Virus record (IMG/VR): IMGVR_UViG_3300044740_000032
Span: 1 to 49,731 of that record
DNA length: 49,731 bases
Source of the DNA: a virus
Taxonomy: Duplodnaviria; Caudoviricetes
Reading direction: 5' to 3' (one strand)
Position numbers and translations under genes: made by a program. The notes beneath the pieces were generated by a model. The model saw nothing but the letters and a program-made list of their open reading frames with translations, was not told the DNA's origin and made no database searches. Below are positions 18,396-28,239 of this stretch, in pieces. Each line of letters opens with the position of its first letter. Positions within the stretch are counted from its first letter, which is position 1.

Positions 18396-18673
18396 TCACC
18401 GGCTCGAGCGCCAACGTCGCGCAGCTCGCGGCGTACACCATCGGCTGCACGATCACCGGGCCCGCGCCGTACACGGTGACGTTCGGGCCCGTCGTCGCGA
18501 ACCCCGCAGCGACGCCGACGCAGCCCGCATTCCCGACGCCGCTGGCGTTCGCGATCCCCGCCGCGCTGGCGACGGCGCGCGAGACAGCGGCGCTCTCCGC
18601 GGCGCCCGGCACGCCGGTCGCGACGCTCTTCGAGTTCGCGCTACTCGACTACCTCCGCAACGGCGGTACCTGA
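18392..18673 (+). CDS. Hypothetical protein
   Basis: ATGA overlap with the upstream gene; Thr/Ala/Pro-rich. Confidence 0.55.
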   Translation: MITGSSANVAQLAAYTIGCTITGPAPYTVTFGPVVANPAATPTQPAFPTPLAFAIPAALATARETAALSAAPGTPVATLFEFALLDYLRNGGT

Positions 18674-18686
18674 ACTCAGGCCACGA

Positions 18687-20396
18687 ATGATCTCTCAGAC
18701 CCTCGGCCTCACGGACATGGTGTCGGGCCCCGCCTCGAAGGCCAGCGGTAGCCTGCGCGCGTTCGCCAAGAGCCTCGACAACGCGCTCGGCATCGCATCG
18801 CAGGGACGCAACGCCCTCGGCCAGTTCACCGAGTCGATCGGCCCGCTGACTGGCGTCGTGGATGCCATCGCGCCGTTTGCGCCCGCGCTTCTCGCCGTCG
18901 CTGGCGCCGCCGTCGTCGCAGCCGGCGCGCTCGTGGGTCTCATCTTCAAGGGCTCCGAGCTCGCGCTCGAGGTGACGGAGATGCGCGACGAGCTCCGGAC
19001 GACGTTCGAGGCGCTCGGCAACGGCCCCGGCGCCGGTGCCAAGACGCTGGCGATGCTCGACCAGCTGGGGCTCAAGCTCCCGCAGACGACGAAGCAGCTC
19101 GGGGAATGGGCGACGACGCTCATGAGCGCCGGCATGCGCGACGCGCCCGCGCTCGAGAAGGGCCTCAAGGCGATTGCGAGCGCGCAGGCCATCATTGGAT
19201 CGCAGGGCGACGCCGCGGCCAAGAAGGTCACGACGCTCCTCTCGAAGCTCTCGGAGGCGGCTCAGCTCCACAAGCCGTTCCAGCTCACCGAGAAGCAACT
19301 CCAGGGCATCGGTGTCGACGTCGCCGACATCGCCAAGCAGCTCGGCATCCCCGCCGCCAAGCTCCGCGCGATGATGAAGTCGGGCGCCGTCGACGCGAAG
19401 AAGTTCGGCGACGCGCTCCAGGAGGCCCTGATCGAGAAGGGCGCCGGTCCGCTCGAGAAGATGGGCAACCGCCTCTCGGTAGTGTGGGGCAAGTTCAAGG
19501 AGAACATCGGCCTACTCTTCGCCGACGTCGACACGGGCCCGTTCATCGCCGGTCTGAAAGACGTCCTCTCGATCTTCGGGCAGAACACCGCGAGCGGGAA
19601 GGCGATGAAGGCCGCGATCACGGGCGCGTTCAACGCGATCTTCTCGGTCGCCGCGAAGGTGTTCCCGTACGTCAAGGCCGCGCTCCTGCAGGTCGTGATC
19701 GCGGGCCTCAAGATCTACATCGCGCTCAAGCCCGCGGCGAAGGCGCTGTCGGAGCTATTCAAGTCGGGCAAGGACGGCCAGGGCCTGGCGACGTTCATGC
19801 GCATCCTCATCCCGATGTTCGACCTCATCGTCGGCGGAGCGAAGGTCGCGTCGCGCGGGATCGTCGCGTTCGTCGGTGTCGTGAAGATGATCGAGGGCGC
19901 GTTCGACAGCGCGAAGGCCAAGGTCACGGCCGTCATGGCCGAGATCAAGAGCATCGTCGGCGGCGGCGGCAGCGCGGCGGGCGGTTCGCTGATCGACGGT
20001 CTCGTCGCCGGCGTCGAGAGCAAGTCGGGCATGATCATGGCCGCGATCCGCAACCTCGGCGGGTCGATCATCGACAGCTTGAAGGGCGCGCTCGGCGTCC
20101 ACTCGCCGAGCACGGAGATGATGAAGATCGGCAACTTCGCCGGTCAGGGCCTGGCGCTCGGCATGAAGGCGTCGAACGACAACGTCGGCGGCGCCGCCGC
20201 GAGCATGAGCGGCGCGACGATGGGCGGGGCCGCCGCGGGAGCGAAGGGCGGCCCGTCGAGCGGCGGCGGCATCCACATCGACAGCATCACGATCAACATC
20301 AACGGCGCGGGCAACGCTCACGAGCTAACCGAGCAGGCGGCGGCACTCATCTTCGAGCGCATCGCGCTCGAGCAGGGCCTCGGCACGGCGGCGTAG
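18687..20396 (+). CDS. Tape measure protein
   Basis: Ala/Gly/Lys-rich helical protein with LGVHSPS motif near the C-terminus; position fits. Confidence 0.88.
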   Translation: MISQTLGLTDMVSGPASKASGSLRAFAKSLDNALGIASQGRNALGQFTESIGPLTGVVDAIAPFAPALLAVAGAAVVAAGALVGLIFKGSELALEVTEMRDELRTTFEALGNGPGAGAKTLAMLDQLGLKLPQTTKQLGEWATTLMSAGMRDAPALEKGLKAIASAQAIIGSQGDAAAKKVTTLLSKLSEAAQLHKPFQLTEKQLQGIGVDVADIAKQLGIPAAKLRAMMKSGAVDAKKFGDALQEALIEKGAGPLEKMGNRLSVVWGKFKENIGLLFADVDTGPFIAGLKDVLSIFGQNTASGKAMKAAITGAFNAIFSVAAKVFPYVKAALLQVVIAGLKIYIALKPAAKALSELFKSGKDGQGLATFMRILIPMFDLIVGGAKVASRGIVAFVGVVKMIEGAFDSAKAKVTAVMAEIKSIVGGGGSAAGGSLIDGLVAGVESKSGMIMAAIRNLGGSIIDSLKGALGVHSPSTEMMKIGNFAGQGLALGMKASNDNVGGAAASMSGATMGGAAAGAKGGPSSGGGIHIDSITININGAGNAHELTEQAAALIFERIALEQGLGTAA

Positions 20397-20437
20397 TTCG
20401 CGTGAACAAGACGCTCGACGCTAGCGTCCAACGATAG

Positions 20438-21097
20438 ATGGCCAATTCAGAGGCGAAGCGCCGGTACAACGCGAAGTGGGCGGCCGAGAATCCCGAGAAG
20501 GTCAAGGCTTCGTCGGAAAAGTGGCGAGCCAACAATCGAGAGCAGAAGCGGGCCGAGAGCGCCGCGTGGCGTGCGGCGAACGCGGACAAGACGCGCGAGT
20601 ACCGCGAGCGTCGCGATCCTGACGAGAAGCGTGCGTATCACGCTGCCTATTACAGGGCGAACAAGGATCGGCTGCGAGCGCAATCGCTCGCGTATGCCCG
20701 CTCGCATCGAAGCGAACGGCTGCTCTCGCGGAGGGCGCACTACCTCAAGTCCAAGTTCGGACTCAGCGTTGCCGAATACGACACGATGCTCGCCGAGCAG
20801 GGAGGCGTCTGCGCGATCTGTCGTGCACCGGAGGACGGCAAGCGCCTAGCCGTCGATCACTGCCACACGACCGGCGCGGTCCGCGGGCTCCTATGCCAGC
20901 GGTGCAATCGCGGCATCGGGCACTTCGCCGAAAGCGCAGAACGACTGCGCGCTGCGGCCAACTACGTAGAACGATGTCAGGACAAGTCGACCCCTTCAGC
21001 AACTCGGCCGCATGGGACGTCGTGCGGATCGCCGGCGTCGTCTCGCCTGGAGTCTGCGAGATCAGCGAGGCGAAGCGCGGGTTCGAGTTCGACGTAA
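20438..21097 (+). CDS. Endonuclease VII-family (His-Me finger) putative homing endonuclease
   Basis: CAIC..LAVDHCHTTGAVRGLLCQRCNRGIG motif with basic helical N-terminal repeats; inserted in the tail operon. Confidence 0.9.
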   Translation: MANSEAKRRYNAKWAAENPEKVKASSEKWRANNREQKRAESAAWRAANADKTREYRERRDPDEKRAYHAAYYRANKDRLRAQSLAYARSHRSERLLSRRAHYLKSKFGLSVAEYDTMLAEQGGVCAICRAPEDGKRLAVDHCHTTGAVRGLLCQRCNRGIGHFAESAERLRAAANYVERCQDKSTPSATRPHGTSCGSPASSRLESARSARRSAGSSST

Positions 21098-21537
21098 AAA
21101 AGGGCAAAGGAGCCTTCGGAGCAACCGCCACCTTCGTCGGCCGCCCGCCGGCTCGCCTCACGCTGAAGTTCTCGTTCTGGCAGGCGTCGCAGTTCGCCGC
21201 CTGGGATCAGTACCGCCCCCTCTTCAAGTACGATCCCACAAAAAAGGCCATTCAAGCGATCGACATCTACCATCCGTCGCTCGCAGACATCGACATCACG
21301 TCCGTCGTTTGCGAGGAGATCGGCGCGATCGTCCATGAAGGCTCCGGCCTATTCACCGTCACGGTGAAGCTCCTCGAGTACTTCCCGCCGCCGAAGAAAA
21401 GCGCGGTGTCGACGCCGAGCGGATCGCAGTCGACGAACCCGAACCCGGGCGCGACGCCGGGTCAGCAACAGCCGAGCGCGCAGGACGCGCAGCAGCAGCA
21501 AATACAGAACCTCTTGCAGCAGGCGCAGCAGCCGTGA
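20974..21537 (+). CDS. Probable tail tube initiator/baseplate protein
   Basis: First structural gene after the tape measure; beta-rich; start overlapped by the endonuclease ORF. Confidence 0.6.
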   Translation: MSGQVDPFSNSAAWDVVRIAGVVSPGVCEISEAKRGFEFDVKKGKGAFGATATFVGRPPARLTLKFSFWQASQFAAWDQYRPLFKYDPTKKAIQAIDIYHPSLADIDITSVVCEEIGAIVHEGSGLFTVTVKLLEYFPPPKKSAVSTPSGSQSTNPNPGATPGQQQPSAQDAQQQQIQNLLQQAQQP

Positions 21538-21707
21538 AGCGTCGCATCGAGGTCGAGCTGTGCGGAATGTGCTCGGATGGCGAGCCCGAACTCCGAATCA
21601 TCGAGGTTCGAGGCAACAGCCGCCGCGTAATGTACCGGCTACGTGAAGAGGATCTCGCGCGCGTCGTCGCACGCGCGATGGAAGAGCCAGTGTTCGTGGC
21701 TGAGTGA
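21534..21707 (+). CDS. Small hypothetical protein (57 aa, CxxC)
   Basis: GTGA overlap; translated by hand as MKRRIEVELCGMCSDGEPEL... Confidence 0.45.
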   Translation: MKRRIEVELCGMCSDGEPELRIIEVRGNSRRVMYRLREEDLARVVARAMEEPVFVAE

Positions 21708-21710
21708 CCC

Positions 21711-22847
21711 GTGGCCTCCGTCGACTTCGCGGACCTCAACGGGCACCGGATCATCTCCGGGTCGATCACGATCCCGTACTACGGCACGTGGTCGGGCGAC
21801 GTCGTCCTTGCGCTCTCCGACCAGCTCACGAACCCCGCCGTCGTCACGTTCGCCGACATCACGCTCACGGGCGCGATCTGGCGGCAGTTCGCGTTCACGA
21901 GCTCGAGGAGCGCGCGCCTCGTCGGCGGCGCCGGCGGGTGGAGCCAGCCCGTGCCGGCGATCGCGTACAACAACCCGGGTGGCGTCGCGATGTCGATGGT
22001 GCTCGGCGACGTCGCCGCGCTCGTCGGCGAGACGATCAAGATCGCGCAGGACGCCGTCGTGGGGCCGACGTTCGTGCGCGAGGCCGCGCCGGCGGCGCGC
22101 ACGCTGCGGCAGCTCGCCGGAATCAACTGGTGGGTCGACCCGTCGGGCATCACGCAGATCGGACCGCGCACGAACCTCACGCCGATCACGACCGACTTCC
22201 AGGCGACCGAGTACTCGGGTGGTAAGGGGCAGTTCAAGATCGCGACCGAGCACCCGGCGGACTGGATGCCGGGCCGCACGTTCTCGAACGAGGTCGTGAC
22301 GACGACCCAGACGATCGACACGGTCACGCACACGTTCACGAACGACGGGCAGCATCGTCTCGAAGTGCTCGCGTCGCCGACGACGGTGAGCGGCGACCGG
22401 ATGCTCGCGAACCTCCGCCAGATCATCCGCGCGGAGTTCCCGCAGCTCACCTACGGAGCGATCTACGAGTACGCGATCCAGGCGGTGGCGGCCGACGGCT
22501 CGACGGCCGACGCGGTGCCGACGTCGACAGCGCTGCCGTTGCCGCAGCAGATCAAGATCCCGCTCCGGTCGGGGCTCCTCGGTGAGGCTGTCGTCGCCAA
22601 GATCGGCGTGCGGTGTCGGGTCGTCTTCATCAACGCGGACCCGACTCGACCCGCGGTGATCGGCGCGGACGGCCCGCCTGGGACGTCCACGATCGACGCG
22701 ACGCAGACCATGAACATCGCGCCATCGGCCACGGCGGTCGTCATAGGCGCTGGCAGCGCGTACGCCGCGCGCGTCGGCGACACGGTCGTCGCGGGCGGCT
22801 TCACCGGCACGATCACGACGGGATCGACCAAGACGAAGATCGGGTAG
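21711..22847 (+). CDS. Baseplate hub plus spike-like protein
   Basis: Hub-like N-terminal part (WWVDPSGITQIG); C-terminal gpV-like GVRCRVVFINADPTRP and AARVGDTV..GTITTGS. Confidence 0.65.
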   Translation: MASVDFADLNGHRIISGSITIPYYGTWSGDVVLALSDQLTNPAVVTFADITLTGAIWRQFAFTSSRSARLVGGAGGWSQPVPAIAYNNPGGVAMSMVLGDVAALVGETIKIAQDAVVGPTFVREAAPAARTLRQLAGINWWVDPSGITQIGPRTNLTPITTDFQATEYSGGKGQFKIATEHPADWMPGRTFSNEVVTTTQTIDTVTHTFTNDGQHRLEVLASPTTVSGDRMLANLRQIIRAEFPQLTYGAIYEYAIQAVAADGSTADAVPTSTALPLPQQIKIPLRSGLLGEAVVAKIGVRCRVVFINADPTRPAVIGADGPPGTSTIDATQTMNIAPSATAVVIGAGSAYAARVGDTVVAGGFTGTITTGSTKTKIG

Positions 22848-22851
22848 CGCG

Positions 22852-23088
22852 ATGGCACTCAACGCCGGCAACGCCGCATGCACGACGGGTCTCTCGTCGC
22901 GCATCTACAACAACCTCACCGGCGATCCGTCCTCCGGCGCGGTGGCCAACGCTGCGCTCAAGTCGCTCTGCTACAATATCGCGCTCGCTGTCGTCGCTGA
23001 GATCCAGGCGAACGCCTCGGTGCCTGGCACGGGGCTCGTCGCTCCGAACGGCGGCGGTCCTGTCACCGGAGCAGCGGCGGTCCAGTGA
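22852..23088 (+). CDS. Small baseplate-associated protein (possible spike tip)
   Basis: Follows the spike gene; ends GGPVTGAAAVQ. Confidence 0.5.
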   Translation: MALNAGNAACTTGLSSRIYNNLTGDPSSGAVANAALKSLCYNIALAVVAEIQANASVPGTGLVAPNGGGPVTGAAAVQ

Positions 23089-23498
23089 CGGCGCCGGTCT
23101 TTCCGTCCCAGGTCAATTACGGGCTCGATCTTTCGTGTGTCACGGACCTTGACCCGGGCATGGTCGAGGTGACCGGCCGCACGTGCCTCGTGCAGGCGCT
23201 CGCGCGCAGGCTGATCACCGCGCGCGGCACGCTGATCGACGATCCGAACTACGGCTTCGACCTCAACCAGTTTCTGAACGACGATCTCGACGCCGCTGAC
23301 GTCGCCCGCATCGGCTCCGGCATCGACGCCGAGTTCTTGAAGGACGAGCGCGTACTGTCATCGACGACGACGGCGGTGCTCAACGTTGGCGGCGCGCTCG
23401 TCGTGACCGCCCAGATCCAGGACCAGCAGGGTCCGTTCAAGCTCGTTCTCTCGGTCGGCTCGGTCTCCGCGACGATCCTCTCGATCACGCCCTCCTGA
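23085..23498 (+). CDS. Baseplate wedge protein, gp25/gpW-like
   Basis: QALARRLITARGTL..DPNYG and KDERV motifs. Confidence 0.85.
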   Translation: MTAPVFPSQVNYGLDLSCVTDLDPGMVEVTGRTCLVQALARRLITARGTLIDDPNYGFDLNQFLNDDLDAADVARIGSGIDAEFLKDERVLSSTTTAVLNVGGALVVTAQIQDQQGPFKLVLSVGSVSATILSITPS

Positions 23499-25165
23499 TG
23501 GCCCTCGACGTCACCTCCCTCTTCACCCCCGCGACGCAGCAGCAGTGGCTGCAGACGCTGCTCAACCTCGGGCAGCAGGTCGGCCTCACCACGACCGCGT
23601 GGCAACCGGGCGGCGTCACGCGCACGATCCTCGTGATCACGAGCTACGCGCTCGCTGCGGCCGACACGATCGTGTCGACGATGAACCAGGGCGGGTTCCT
23701 CGACAACGCGGCGCTCGTGACGCCGGATCCGAGCGTGACCCCCGGCGTCGCGCCTGGCTGGCTCGATATCCTCTCGGACGGCTCGTACAACAACCAGCGG
23801 ATCCAACCGCAGTTCGCGACGTGCTCGATGGCGTTCACGAACACTGGCTCGAGCGCGGGACCGTACCAGCCGGGGACGTTCCACGTCCTCAACCCGTCGA
23901 CCAACAAGACGTACTCGAACCTGTCGACGTTCACGATCGCGGCGCAGACGCTCGTCGGCAGCGGAGTCACCGGCGCGACGAACGCCTCGCCGATCGTCAT
24001 CACGACCAGCGCGGCGCACGGGCGCGCGACCGGGGACGTCGTGACCATCGCTGGCGTCGGCGGCAACACCGCCGCGAACGGCACCTGGACGCTGACGGTC
24101 GTCGACGCGACGCACTTCTCGCTCAACGGCTCCAACGGCCTGTCGAGCGGAGCCTACACGAGCGGCGGCACGGTCAACCTCTGCACGACCGCGTCGTTCC
24201 AGGCGGACGCCCAGGGCGCCGCGAGCTCGGCGGCGATCGGCGCGATCACGTCGCTCGTGACGGCGATCGTCGGCGTGAGCTGCACGAACACGACGGCGGC
24301 GACGGGGACGAACGCCGAGTCGAACAGCGCACTCGTCACGCGCGACCGAAACAAGCTCCAGTCGCTCTCGCCGAACGGAGCGAAGGGCGCCTACGCGTAC
24401 GTGGCGACCAGCGCGACGCTCGCGCCCTACAGCCTCTCGCTCAAGGGCGGGCCGATCACGCGCGTGACGGTGGCGGTGAACCCGAACACCGGCGCGGTCA
24501 CCGTGACCCTCGCCAACGCGAGCGGCGCGCCGGCGGGCGTCTCCGGCTCGGGGCAGATCACGGGGGCCACCAACGCGAGCCCGATCGTCATCCAGACGAG
24601 CGGCGCGCACGGCCTCTCCACCGGCGACCTCGCCGTCATCTACGGCGTGAACGGCAACACGGCCGCGAACTGCACGCTCGCGACGCCGTGGACGATCACC
24701 GTGGTGGACGCGACGCACTTCTCTCTGAACGGATCCACGGGGAACGGGGCGTACACGAGCGGCGGGAACCTCGAGGGCAGCGACCTGGGTCTCGTCGACG
24801 CGCTCATCCAGGCGAACGCGGATCCGAACGCGGTCACTGTCGTCACCCAGGCGGCGACGACGCTCTCGGTCACCGTGGCCGCGACGGTCTGGGTGCCGGC
24901 GGCGCAGAAGAGCGCCGTCGTCTCGGCGGTGCAGAACGCGCTCACGAACTACTTCGCCAGCGTGCCGATCGGCGGCTTCACGACCGGCGTGCCGACGCCG
25001 AACACGATGCCGTTCGACGCGGTCCTCGGCGCCGTGCAGAACGCCGCGCCGTACATCCAGGACTCTACGCTCACGCTCAACGGCGGGACGGCCGACATTG
25101 CGCTGACCTCGACGCAGGTGCCGGTCATCAGCGGCACGCCGACGATCACGGTGAACACCTTCTGA
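23498..25165 (+). CDS. Baseplate J-like protein with two inserted E1-FCCH-like beta domains
   Basis: WLD, GTNAESNSALVTR and GAKGAYAY J-like motifs; duplicated TGATNASPIVI.TS.AHG..TGD segments. Confidence 0.85.
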   Translation: MALDVTSLFTPATQQQWLQTLLNLGQQVGLTTTAWQPGGVTRTILVITSYALAAADTIVSTMNQGGFLDNAALVTPDPSVTPGVAPGWLDILSDGSYNNQRIQPQFATCSMAFTNTGSSAGPYQPGTFHVLNPSTNKTYSNLSTFTIAAQTLVGSGVTGATNASPIVITTSAAHGRATGDVVTIAGVGGNTAANGTWTLTVVDATHFSLNGSNGLSSGAYTSGGTVNLCTTASFQADAQGAASSAAIGAITSLVTAIVGVSCTNTTAATGTNAESNSALVTRDRNKLQSLSPNGAKGAYAYVATSATLAPYSLSLKGGPITRVTVAVNPNTGAVTVTLANASGAPAGVSGSGQITGATNASPIVIQTSGAHGLSTGDLAVIYGVNGNTAANCTLATPWTITVVDATHFSLNGSTGNGAYTSGGNLEGSDLGLVDALIQANADPNAVTVVTQAATTLSVTVAATVWVPAAQKSAVVSAVQNALTNYFASVPIGGFTTGVPTPNTMPFDAVLGAVQNAAPYIQDSTLTLNGGTADIALTSTQVPVISGTPTITVNTF

Positions 25166-25977
25166 TGCGCGGCGTACGCGATCTCATTGCGGCGATCTCG
25201 CCGCGCTGGCTATCGGACCAGACGACGGGCGTGGGCGCAAAGCTCATGTACACGATCGGGCTCGCGATCGACGCGTACCTCGAGAAGCTCAATCAGGGGA
25301 TGCGTGCGCACATCCCTACGTACGGAGACGCGTCGGCGCTGCCTCTACTCGCAGCGGATCGACTGCTCGTGCAGGGGCCGAACGAATCGGCGACGTCGTT
25401 CGCCTCGCGGCTGAAGTTCGCGCTCGACGACTGGGCGCGCGCGGGCAGCGATCGCGCCGTCCTCCGGCAGCTCCTCGGCACCGTGCTCCCGTCGACGCCG
25501 CAGGCGCGCATGGTGAGCGACTCGAGCGTGTGGAACACGTACGCGGCGAGCGCCGACACGACGCAAGAGCCCGCGCATGGCGGCGTCGCGACGTGGAACT
25601 GGGACGGCCTCGGGATCAGCGCCGGCGGCTCGATCTGGTGGCGCGTCTGGCCGATCCTCTACTCGGTCGCGCCGCAGGCCTTCTGCACCGACGAAGGCGT
25701 GTGGGGCGACGGCGACGCGTACGGCGACGACACGAAGTCTTGGGGCCTCGGCGTCCCGAGCGGCACGGTGAGCGGCTGGCGCGCCGTCGTCGGGCAGTGG
25801 AAGGCCGCGCACGCGGTCGTCCCGTGGATCGTCGTGAGCTTCGACGGGACGCTGCTTGACCCGACGGGGGTCGGAACGAACCCGGACGGCACCTGGGGCT
25901 CGTGGGCGAAAGCCGTCGGCGGGCAGTGGGTCGCCGCGCGCGCCGCGAACGCCCGGTACTGCGACGGGATCACCTGA
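25165..25977 (+). CDS. Baseplate gpI/Mu gp48-like tail protein
   Basis: Follows J with a TGATG overlap; ALPLLAADR..GPNES..FASRL and WKAAHA motifs. Confidence 0.7.
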   Translation: MRGVRDLIAAISPRWLSDQTTGVGAKLMYTIGLAIDAYLEKLNQGMRAHIPTYGDASALPLLAADRLLVQGPNESATSFASRLKFALDDWARAGSDRAVLRQLLGTVLPSTPQARMVSDSSVWNTYAASADTTQEPAHGGVATWNWDGLGISAGGSIWWRVWPILYSVAPQAFCTDEGVWGDGDAYGDDTKSWGLGVPSGTVSGWRAVVGQWKAAHAVVPWIVVSFDGTLLDPTGVGTNPDGTWGSWAKAVGGQWVAARAANARYCDGIT

Positions 25978-26001
25978 GGCCCTCGAGGCCTTCGAGGATG
26001 G

Positions 26002-26877
26002 ATGAGCACCCAATACAACGGCCTGCCGACGAACGTCACGCCGTCGAGCGCGATCAACATCGCGAGCTCGACGAACGCGACGCCGCCGCAGATCACGACG
26101 AGCTCCGCGCACGGGTACTCGACCGGCGATCGCGTCTTCATCCAGAACCACACGGACGGCGCGTCGCACTTCTTCTACAACGGCCTCTGGCAGATCGTCG
26201 TCACTGGCGCCACGACGTTCACGCTCGTAGGCGGCGTGGCCTCTGGGTTCGCCGGCAACACCTCCGGCACCGTCACAAACCAGGGCTTTCAAGCGGCCGG
26301 CTCGTCGAACGGCGACAGCTCGTACGCGATTCCGAGCGACGGCGACAAGCGGAGCGCGGCGAGCGTCAACGTCGCCCTGCAGCACCTCGGCGACTGCACG
26401 CGGTGGCTGAAGAGCCGCGTCGGCATCTACGTCCCGGTCCAGGTGGGGACGGCCGGCAACGAGGATCTCACGAACACCTCGTACTGGTCGTCGTCCACGA
26501 CGGCGGGGACCTTCACCCTCGTCACGGGTGTCACCCTCACGCTCGCGAACGCGGCGGTCGCCGGAGACCTGATCGAAGGCGCGATCATCTTCCAGGCGCT
26601 CGGCAACGGCACGGTCGCCGGCGGGGACTTCGAGGCGCGTTACAACGAGAACTCGGGCACCGACACGCGCGTCGCCAACTCGCGTCTTCGAACGTCGCAG
26701 CCGGCGGCATCGGGCAACCTGCTGGTACCGATGGTGCTGCCGTTCCAGCGCACGGTCGGCACAACCGGGGCGTGGAAGGTCACGCTCTACGGCGCGACGG
26801 TCACCGCGGCAAACTCGATTCAGGCCGCCGGCGACTGGCAGATCATCGCGCGGCACTGGCGGCTCGCGAGCACCTAG
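26002..26877 (+). CDS. Tail fibre protein with N-terminal FCCH-like domain
   Basis: TNATPPQITTSSAHGYSTGDRV; ASVNVALQHLGDCTRWLK resembles a fibre anchor helix. Confidence 0.65.
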   Translation: MSTQYNGLPTNVTPSSAINIASSTNATPPQITTSSAHGYSTGDRVFIQNHTDGASHFFYNGLWQIVVTGATTFTLVGGVASGFAGNTSGTVTNQGFQAAGSSNGDSSYAIPSDGDKRSAASVNVALQHLGDCTRWLKSRVGIYVPVQVGTAGNEDLTNTSYWSSSTTAGTFTLVTGVTLTLANAAVAGDLIEGAIIFQALGNGTVAGGDFEARYNENSGTDTRVANSRLRTSQPAASGNLLVPMVLPFQRTVGTTGAWKVTLYGATVTAANSIQAAGDWQIIARHWRLAST

Positions 26878-26878
26878 C

Positions 26879-27520
26879 ATGTGGCTCGACGCCTTCTTTC
26901 AGTCCGCGTTCAAGCAGATCGCGAGCGGCGGCACGCTCGTCACCGGTCGGCCGACGATAAACTTCATCGGGCTCGCCGTCGCGGACAACGCGGCCCAGCA
27001 GCGCACGGACGTCACGGGGATCGCGCTCGCCAACGATCTCGGCGGGTCGATGGCCGCGCCGGCCGTCGTGCAGATCACGGGGAGCGCGGGGCAGATCCCG
27101 ATCTTCGCGCTCTGCACAACGCTCGGCGCGTCGACGACGACTCCAGTCCCCGCGTTCATTGGCGGCGTCACGACCACGAACGCGACGACGACGGCCGTGC
27201 CGACGAACCTCGGCACGACGCTTCCGCTGCCGGACAACACCGTCGCCGACGTCTGGGGCGGGATCATCGGTCGCAACCACGCGAACAACGGCGACTGCTT
27301 CGCCTGCACGTACAACTTCGCGTATCAGCGCTTCGGCGGCGCCGCTCCGTCGGTCGTACGCGCGTTCGCCACAAGCAACGTCGCCACGATCGGAGGCGCG
27401 AGCGGGTGGGGCACGCCGTCGCTGACGGTGAGCGGCAACAACCTCGTGATCAACGTCACCGGCCTGGCCGCCACGACGATCGACTGGAGCGTGACGGGCC
27501 AGGCGCAGGAGCGATCATGA
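26879..27520 (+). CDS. Virion fibre/accessory structural protein
   Basis: Thr/Gly-rich beta protein with N-terminal WLDAFFQ. Confidence 0.6.
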   Translation: MWLDAFFQSAFKQIASGGTLVTGRPTINFIGLAVADNAAQQRTDVTGIALANDLGGSMAAPAVVQITGSAGQIPIFALCTTLGASTTTPVPAFIGGVTTTNATTTAVPTNLGTTLPLPDNTVADVWGGIIGRNHANNGDCFACTYNFAYQRFGGAAPSVVRAFATSNVATIGGASGWGTPSLTVSGNNLVINVTGLAATTIDWSVTGQAQERS

Positions 27521-28236
27521 TGCTCGGTCTCGGTCTCGCCATCGGCGGAGGAGTGTTCGGCGGCTTCAGGCCGACTCAGGTCGCAAACTGCGTGCTGTGG
27601 CTGCGGGCGGACCTCGGCGTCACGCTCGACGGCAGCAATAACGTCCAGCAGTGGAACGACCAAAGCTCGGGCGGGTGGAACGCGACGCAGGGCACCGCGG
27701 CGAACCGGCCCGGCTACTCGTCGAACGGCGGCCCGAACGGGACCGCGTACACGTCGTGGGTCGGCGGGCTCGGCGCGCATCTCCTCGCGAACGCGAGCTT
27801 CACCGCGCTCCCGCAGCCGTTCGAGTACTTCGTCGCCGCGCGCGCGCCGGGTAGCACGGCGTCGAACAAGTACCTGATCGACTTCGGCGCGGGCAACAAG
27901 AACGCGCTACTCGCCACAGGGAACACGACGACGATCGAGCAGTTCGATGGCAGCGTCGGCGGAACGATCACAACGACGGCCGCTGACGTCATCCTTGACG
28001 CGTACTTCAACGGCGCGTCATCGTTCCTCGCGCTCAACGGAGGCACGCAGAACACCGGCAATCCGGGCACGGCTACGGCTGCGAACGGCTACACGGTCGG
28101 CAACTTCGCCGGCTCCGGCTTCGAGTGGGGCGGCCGCATCTACGAGGTCGCGGTCTACAGCGCGCAGGTCTCGTCGACCGACCGTCTGAACATCACGCGG
28201 TACATGGGCGCGCGCTACGGGATCACGGTGCCCTGA
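27517..28236 (+). CDS. LamG/concanavalin-like lectin protein, probable head-spike fibre
   Basis: LWLRADLGV..VQQWNDQS and WGGRIYEVAVYS..YMGARYG motifs; N-terminal MMLGLGLAI. Confidence 0.72.
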   Translation: MMLGLGLAIGGGVFGGFRPTQVANCVLWLRADLGVTLDGSNNVQQWNDQSSGGWNATQGTAANRPGYSSNGGPNGTAYTSWVGGLGAHLLANASFTALPQPFEYFVAARAPGSTASNKYLIDFGAGNKNALLATGNTTTIEQFDGSVGGTITTTAADVILDAYFNGASSFLALNGGTQNTGNPGTATAANGYTVGNFAGSGFEWGGRIYEVAVYSAQVSSTDRLNITRYMGARYGITVP

Positions 28237-28239
28237 CAC

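Noticed and set aside
20397-21097. Group I intron or intein around the endonuclease
   Set aside because: Both flanking genes appear intact, and there is no room or visible core for a ribozyme.
23968-26280. Diversity-generating retroelement TR/VR pair
   Set aside because: The repeats differ at synonymous positions of all bases rather than only at adenines, and no reverse transcriptase is present.
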